Positions 57,801 to 64,000 of a DNA stretch of 64,000 nt are shown one piece after another; the stretch's first letter is position 1, and every line of letters starts with the position of its first letter. Under the pieces are notes generated by a model. That model had not been told where the DNA came from. It searched no databases and saw nothing but the letters and a program-made list of their open reading frames with translations. Both the position numbers and the translations under genes were made by a program. The stretch is from the human T2T-CHM13v2.0 reference genome, Homo sapiens, in NCBI RefSeq assembly GCF_009914755.1, contig NC_060927.1; one strand, 5' to 3'.

Positions 57801-58530
57801 TAGCTATCGAGAGATGGAGGAGACTCAGGTGACTCTTGAAGTGGCAGATAGGAGTATTAACTTCATATTAGGTATGGGAGCAGATGACTCTGTCCTGATT
57901 CAATACAATGGGCTCCTGTCTTCTCATGATGGACAAGCCCCAAAACACTGCTTATCATATCTTCTAAGTTGTCCTCCAGGGCCTCTGGGCTTCTCACCTG
58001 CCTTTTTAGTACTGTCTGAATGCCTGACCTCTTACTGGGGAGAGGTTTATTGACTCAGAAGACCAAGTCATGGTCAACTTCACAGATCATAAAGCATAGA
58101 AAGTGTTACTTTTGTTCCTGACCCCTCAGGGGAAGTTAAGAATGAGCTGTCACATTTACTGCCTGAAGTGTTGTCTCAAGTAAATCTTGAGGTTTGGGCC
58201 ACACAGGCTCTGGGAAACACACTAAACACCTTCCCCATTCAAATCCAACTTCAGCCTAGTGCTCCTCACCCTCAGAAAAGACAATACATATTAAGGCAAG
58301 AAGCATGAGGGGAAATTCAACCCCTTAGCACCAAATTCTTGCCATATGAGTTATTAAGGCCATAAGAGTCCCCTTACAATACTCCCATGTTACCAGATAA
58401 AAAGCCTAATGGCAAGTACAGATTTGTCAGAACCCTTAGAGCATTAAGAAATGCAGTTGTCTCCATACACCTCATTGTCCCCAATACTTACCGAGTCCCA
58501 GGGGATGCAAGCTAGTTTACATTCTTAAAT
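54844..58530 (+). mobile_element. Decayed class I (ERV1, gamma-like) provirus 5' half: LTR, PBS, gag, pro, start of RT
   Basis: The LTR ends CCAGCAACA at 55405 and is followed by PBS-like TCTTTCGGCAATATCATGAAGGGAC. Gag: VYVPFSMSELAICKEKLKQFSE and LRKYTNTDP. Zinc knuckle CAFCKKVSH**RKC at 57669-57710. Protease: FILGMGADDSVL (FLLDTGA-like). RT: YNTPMLPDKKPNGKYRFV at 58375. LTR 5' boundary approximate. Confidence 0.88.
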
Positions 58531-58532
58531 CT

Positions 58533-59843
58533 GGGGTGGGGTGGAGCCAAGATGGCTGAATAGGATTGGCTCTGGTCTACAGCTCCCAGCATGAACGACG
58601 CAGAAGATGTGTGATTTCCGCATTTCCATTTGAGGTACCGGGTTCATCTCACTAGGGAGTGCCAGACAGTGGGTGCAGGACAGTGGGTGCAGTGCACGGT
58701 GCACAAGCCAAAGCAGAGTGAGGCATTGCCTCACTCAGGAAGCTCAAGGGGTCAGGGAGTTCCCTTTCCTAGTCAAAGAAAGGGGTGACAGATGGCACCC
58801 GGAAAATCGGGTCACTCCCACCCTAATACTGCGCTTTTCCAATGGGCTTAAAAAATGGCACACCAGGAGATTATATCCCGCACATGGCTCAGAGGGTCCT
58901 ACACCCACGGAGTCCCGCTGATTGCTAGCACAGCAGTCTGAGGTCAAACTGCAAGGCAGCAGCAAGGCTGGGGGAGGGGCGCCTGCCATTGCCCAGGCTT
59001 GATTAGGTAAACAAAGCAGCCGGGAAGCTCGAACTGGATGGAGCCCACCACAGCTCAAGGAGGCCTGCCTGCCTGCCTCTGTAGGCTCCACCTCTGGGGG
59101 CAGGGCACAGACAAACAAAAAGACAGCAGTAACCTCTGCAGACTCAAATGTACCTGTCTGACAGCTTTGAAGAGAGCACTGGTTCTCCCAGCACGCAGCT
59201 GGAGATCTGAGAACGGGCAGACTGCCTCCTCAAGTGGGTCCCTGACCCCCGAGCAGCCTAACTGGGAGGCACCCCCCAGTAGGGGCAGACTGACACCTCA
59301 CACGGCTGGGTACTCCTCTGAGACAAAACTTCCAGAGGAATGATCAGGCAGCAGCATTTGTGGTTCACCAAGATCTGCTGTTCTACAGCCACTGCTGTTC
59401 TACAGCCACCGCTGCTGATACCCAGGCAAACAGGGTCTGGAGTGGACCTCTAGCAAACTCCAACAGACCTGCAGCTGAGGGTCCTGCCTGTTAGAAGGAA
59501 AACTAACAAACAGAAAGGACATCTACACCAAAAACCCATCTGTACGTCACCATCGTCAAAGACCAAAAGTAGATAAAACCACAAAGATGGGGAAAAAACA
59601 CAGCAGAAAAACTGGAAACTCTAAAAAGCAGAGTGCCTCTCCTCCTCCAAAGGAACGCATCTCCTCACCAGCAATGGAACAAAGCTGGACGGAGAATGAC
59701 TTTGACGAGTTGAGAGAAGAAGGATCCAGATGATCAAACTACTCTGAGCTACAGGAGGAAATTCAAACCAATGGCAAAGAAGTTAAAAACTGTGAAAAAA
59801 AAATTAGATGAATGGATAACTAGAATAGCCAATACAGAGAAGA
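58533..59843 (+). mobile_element. L1PA4-6-like 5'UTR plus start of ORF1, 3'-truncated
   Basis: Starts GGAGCCAAGATGGCTGAATAGG (YY1 site). ORF1 ATG at 59587 (MGKKHSRKTGNSKKQSASPPPKER) has a premature TGA at ~59730. Retains the 5'UTR segment ~59315-59460 that is deleted in younger L1PA subfamilies. Confidence 0.95.
58744..58989 (-). CDS. ORF0: L1 ORF0 (antisense ORF of primate L1 5'UTR), open, 81 aa
   Basis: MAGAPPPALLLPCSLTSDCCASNQRDSVGVGPSEP...IRVGVTRFSG matches recalled ORF0p. ATG at 58989, stop at 58744. Confidence 0.65.
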   Translation of the reverse strand: MAGAPPPALLLPCSLTSDCCASNQRDSVGVGPSEPCAGYNLLVCHFLSPLEKRSIRVGVTRFSGCHLSPLSLTRKGNSLTP

Positions 59844-60565
59844 GCATTGCTGTAAAGAAATACCTGAGGCTGAGTTATTTATAAATGAAAGAGGTTTAAT
59901 TGTCTCATGGTTCTACAGGCCTTGTAGGATGCATGGTTCTGGCATCTGCTTCTGGTGAGAGCCTCAGGAAACATTTATTCACAGCAGAATTTGACGTGGC
60001 AGCAGGCACATTACATGGTGAGAGCAGGGGCAACAGAGGGAGGGGAGAAGTGCCACATCTTTTCTTTTTTTTCTTTTTCTTTTTCTTTTTTTTTTTTTAG
60101 ATGGATTCTCACTCTGTCACCAAGGCTGGAGTGCAGTGGTGTGATCTCGGCTCACTGCAACCTCTGCCTCCTGGGATCAAGCGACTCCTGTCTCAGCCTC
60201 CTGAGTAGCTGGAATTACAGGCTCATGCCACCAAACCCAGCTATTTTTTTGTATTTTTAGTAGAGATGTGGTTTCACCATGTTGGCCAGGCTGGTCTCAA
60301 ACTCCTGATCTCTAGTATTCTGCCCAACTCAGCCTCCCCAAGTGCTGGGGTTATAGGTGTGAGCCACTGCACCCAGCCTCCACACACTTTTAAACAACCA
60401 GATCTCACATGAACTCTGGGTGAGAACTTATCACCAAGGGGATGGTGCTAAGCCATTCATGAAGGACCTGCACCCATGATACAGTCACATCCCCAGGCCC
60501 CACCTCCAACACTGGGGATTACATTTCAACATGAGATTTGGAGAGGGCAAACACCCAAATCACAT
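59844..60565 (-). mobile_element. MST-type LTR, clipped at its left end, interrupted by an Alu
   Basis: GCATTGCTGTAAAGAAATACCTGAG...GGCATCTGCTTCTGGTGAG...CATTTCAACATGAGATTTGGAG. Confidence 0.88.
60060..60378 (-). mobile_element. Alu inside the MST LTR
   Basis: Poly-T, AGATGGATTCTCACTCTGTCACCAAGGCTGGAGTGCAGTGG...GAGCCACTGCACCCAGCC. Confidence 0.95.
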
Positions 60566-63500
60566 GAAAGACAAAGGTTTTCAAAGGAAACAATGAGGAA
60601 GGTTACATAATTGTTTTGAAATAATTATCCTTGGCTACAAAAATCAATAACAATCGTGATGCCAGTCCATGGTTGGAAGGCAGTAGTTACTGGGCAGATG
60701 TCCTTACAGAAATTTTTTTTTGTATAACGTTGTCACGGACTTTGTGCAAGGTTGTAATTTTTGTAGAATCTTTTTCATCATCAGGCATACATGCATGAGA
60801 ATGCTCTCTTCATGTCCTTCCCCAGCTCGAGCTGTCAGAGTTTTCTTATTACTAGTGACTCCATTTTGATTCAGACAACTTTCACGTTTCCCTTTTGTGC
60901 TTCAGATCTTTTTCCAAAAGCATCACTGATCAATCATCTTTAAGTTTGGTTTTGATGGCCCTTGGTGCTAGGATGGACCTATTTTGGTTTTTGTTCTCAT
61001 CCCACATTGAGGCAGGGGGTAATTGGCACCTAAGAGTCAGTGTCAAAATCCTTTTAGGCATATTTGGAGAAACAAGGGAAATTTGAAGGGAGTAGTTTTC
61101 AGGCTAAGTCTACCTGGAGTTCATTATTAAGTTCGATTTTGTCTGTTCTGTAGTCTTTTGTTATCATCTCAAAGTGCTGTACTAGTATTATTCTGTTAGG
61201 AGTTGTACTTTTGAAAAAAAAGTAATGGATACACAGTTTAAAAAGGGAAATTATGAAGTAAATAGTCATAGGACAATTCTAGTTTGCATAAGGGCTTTGA
61301 GCCATTAACCTAGGCTTACAGACAACTAATTGAATAAATCAAATGATCACAAGGAATCAGGTGAGATGGTGTAACCACATGGCCTGTCTTCTTCTTTTGT
61401 GTCTATAAATTTCTAATTTCCTAGAGAAATTTATCCAGGTACAGCATATAGTATTGACAATAACACAGTCATTTTCTCATTTAACCAAAGGATACTTATG
61501 AGCAGAAGCTATTGATTGTGAACTTTCATTCACATCATTATTCTGCCAAGTGAAAAATGTAGCATTAAGGAGGAGGAGGGGTAAAAATCTCATCACATGG
61601 AGTCTTGTTCTAATGACCTGGGAAAATCTGTTCTAATGACCTGGGAAAATTGGCATGAAAACATTAACTTCTCCTGCTTTGTAGTTTGAATGTCTTTGGT
61701 CATGACATCAGTTGGTTTGGTGAACTCTTTCTGTGATCCATACATCAGGCACAAGTTTATTCTTTAAAATTTATCTAGTTTCAGCTCATAGGGCTTTAGT
61801 AACAGAGCAGCTTTTGCCTTTAGTTGGAGAGTTGTTGCCAAATTAGGAGAAATACATTAGGAAAATTCAGGATCTAGTATAATCTACATGTAGATAACAA
61901 GAACTTGAAAAGAATGCACACATTTACAATCTACTAACAGAGGCATTATAGTTTTTCTTTAGAAACAGAACTTTCTCTCTACATTAATTTACAGAAAGTT
62001 CAGGTTTAAAAACCTCTTGAGGCCAAAGCAAGGGAGGTTTTAGATTTTACTTACAATCTTAAAGTTTTTGGGCCTGCCAGGAAGTGACAATTTTTACTCA
62101 TTCACTGTCAGGCTGGAAGCACTGGAAGCCAGGCATTTTATGCACATTCTTAAATATGATATTTCAGTCAAAGCCTTAATAATATAACCAAGGTTTTCAA
62201 TGGTATTCTGTTGATGAAGAGAAACAGATATTTATCGAGTAAAAATAGAAGAATACTCACAAATGGTTTCCAAATTTTGGAGGAATCAAGTAGGGAGACA
62301 AAATGAATGCTTCCATCTTTGTTCAAAAAATTATACTTTACTGAATTTTTGTAAACTATAGGTAGCTTACGAGATAAAGTTTTCTTAAATCTGGAAAACA
62401 AAATATTTCAGAACCAATAATGTTTCAAATAAAAGTCATAAAAACATCATCTTCGTGAACCACTTAATTTCATGTAATTGTTTTGTTTTGTTTAATCTTG
62501 ATTAACAGTTTTATAAATCCATCAGTTTATTTGAGCTCTGGAGATTTTTATTTAGTCTACTGATCTTAAATTATCAAAAATTTTGCCAGGCACAGTGGCT
62601 CACATCTGCAGTCCCAGCACTTTGTGAGGCTGAGGCAGGTAGATCACTTCAACTTGGGAGTTTGAGATCAGCCTGGGCAATATGGAGAAATCCCATCTCT
62701 ATAAAAAAAATACAAAAATTATCCAGGAGGCTGAGATTAGAGGATTGGGAGGTTGAGGATGCTGTGAGCCAAGACTGTACCACTGTATACCAGCTTGGGC
62801 AACAGAGTGAGACCCTGTCTCAAAAAATTTATTGGAATTCTGTGTTCAAGAGTATTTGTTATTTTCTATGAAAAGCAGTTTTGGACTACAGCAGATTGCA
62901 AACACTTTTGGAGAAATTTTCAAAACAACTGTGAATGACAAAAACTTGGAATAGCCATGGTTTAAAATCTGATCAAAGGTCCTAATTGACAATGAAACTT
63001 GGTTATTTTTATTTCATGCAACCAGAATCATGACTGACTACATCACATCAGGACAATCAGACTTTTATTAATTTCAAGTTATGTTGGAGTAAAACACTGT
63101 TTTTCTAGATTTTTCAGGACATATATTTCACCATCAGGACATAACAGCAGAGTTGGAACCACAGAAAAAAAGTTACAAGAGTTGACAAAAGGTTGAAGGA
63201 AAGTTATCACTTCAGCCAAGCACAATGTTATGCCTTTTTAGGCAAGAAAAAAGGGGAGCTGAATCTCCATCCTCAAACTAGGCAAATTAAATAGATCTCA
63301 AAGATATTTGACAGAAATGGAAATTGTCTGTAGTTTAGAAGATGGCTGTTAAGGGAACAGATTTCAGAATTAAAACTCAAAACCTCTTGCAACTTTATGA
63401 AAACTAAATCAATACTTTAAGAAAACCTTGTTGTTCTAACATAGGGGACCACAGTTTTTCAGGTTTGTATTAGTGTATTTTTAATGCCAAAGCTTAATCC

Positions 63501-64000
63501 TTAGAAAGACTTTTCTAATTTTATTTAGAAAACTAATAAATTAATTTTCAGAAGAATTTAATTTTCTTCTGATTGTAACCAACTTGGTCACATGCAAAAC
63601 ATCTTGCATAAATTCCCCTTTCACAAATGAGTTACTCAGACCATTGGTGACATTCTTGGGCTTTCCACTTTGTCCTGTACTTTCCCTCTTAAATAACTAG
63701 ACATTTTAGTTTAGGATGAAAATTTACCACACAAGATTCTTTGTCATGTGAAATATTTCTTTTCTTTTCAACCTTCTCCTATCTCCATCTCCCTATCAAT
63801 AACTTTCTTCACATCTCTCTCTTCTACTTACTGGTTCTTCTTTAACATTTCACTGTTTTTTTGCTGAATCAATATTTTGAAACAACCTTTAAATAACCTC
63901 CAAATTATATAAAATTATTACTTCTTTCTCAATAAAGAGCATATTTGTATGCATTTCTTATATATTTTTTCTTATTAAAAATTCATCCTACTTTTTAAGG
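60566..64000 (-). mobile_element. ERV1 (MER4-group, MER65-like, tentative) 3' LTR part (60566-60886) plus non-coding internal region running off the window
   Basis: The minus strand reads polypurine tract AAAAGGGAAA then GTGAAAGTTGTCTGAATCAAAATGGAGTCAC, a recalled LTR start. The internal sequence is AT-rich with no ORFs. Confidence 0.55.
62585..62828 (+). mobile_element. Old Alu (AluJ-like) with internal deletions
   Basis: GCCAGGCACAGTGGCTCACATCTGCAGTCCCAGCAC...GAGACCCTGTCTCAAAAAA, with the start of the right arm missing. Confidence 0.9.

Noticed and set aside
61607-61651. 23-bp direct duplication TGTTCTAATGACCTGGGAAAAT
   Set aside because: Ordinary slippage duplication within a decayed ERV.

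Overview
Eukaryotic, repeat-rich primate DNA (human or close relative) that looks like a segmental-duplication block of the 4q35/FSHD-related family. From left to right it contains: a ~70-bp-period satellite, an AGGF1 processed pseudogene (-), a RARRES2 (chemerin) retrocopy with a 17-bp target-site duplication (+), an intact 4-exon FRG2-family gene (282 aa, FRG2C-like) with a palindromic DUX4-motif cluster upstream, about 1.3 diverged D4Z4-like units carrying a DUX4-like gene, and a CpG island ending in a splice donor (probable lncRNA first exon). The DUX4-like gene keeps both homeodomains but is frameshifted before the C-terminal activation domain. The remaining ~40 kb is nested L1, Alu, MaLR and ERV sequence, including a twin-primed L1, a complete MST element, a decayed ERV1 gag-pro-pol and a 3'-truncated L1PA with an open ORF0. 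From memory the gene order resembles FRG2C-DUX4L26-LINC00960 at human 3p12.3 and the inverted AGGF1P-RARRES2P-FRG2-DUX4c block at 4q35, but the exact paralogue cannot be fixed without alignment. I found no convincingly new system. The most interesting item is the linked pair of an intact DUX-target gene and a mosaic DUX gene lacking its activation domain. Repeat subfamily names come from recall and repeat boundaries are approximate.
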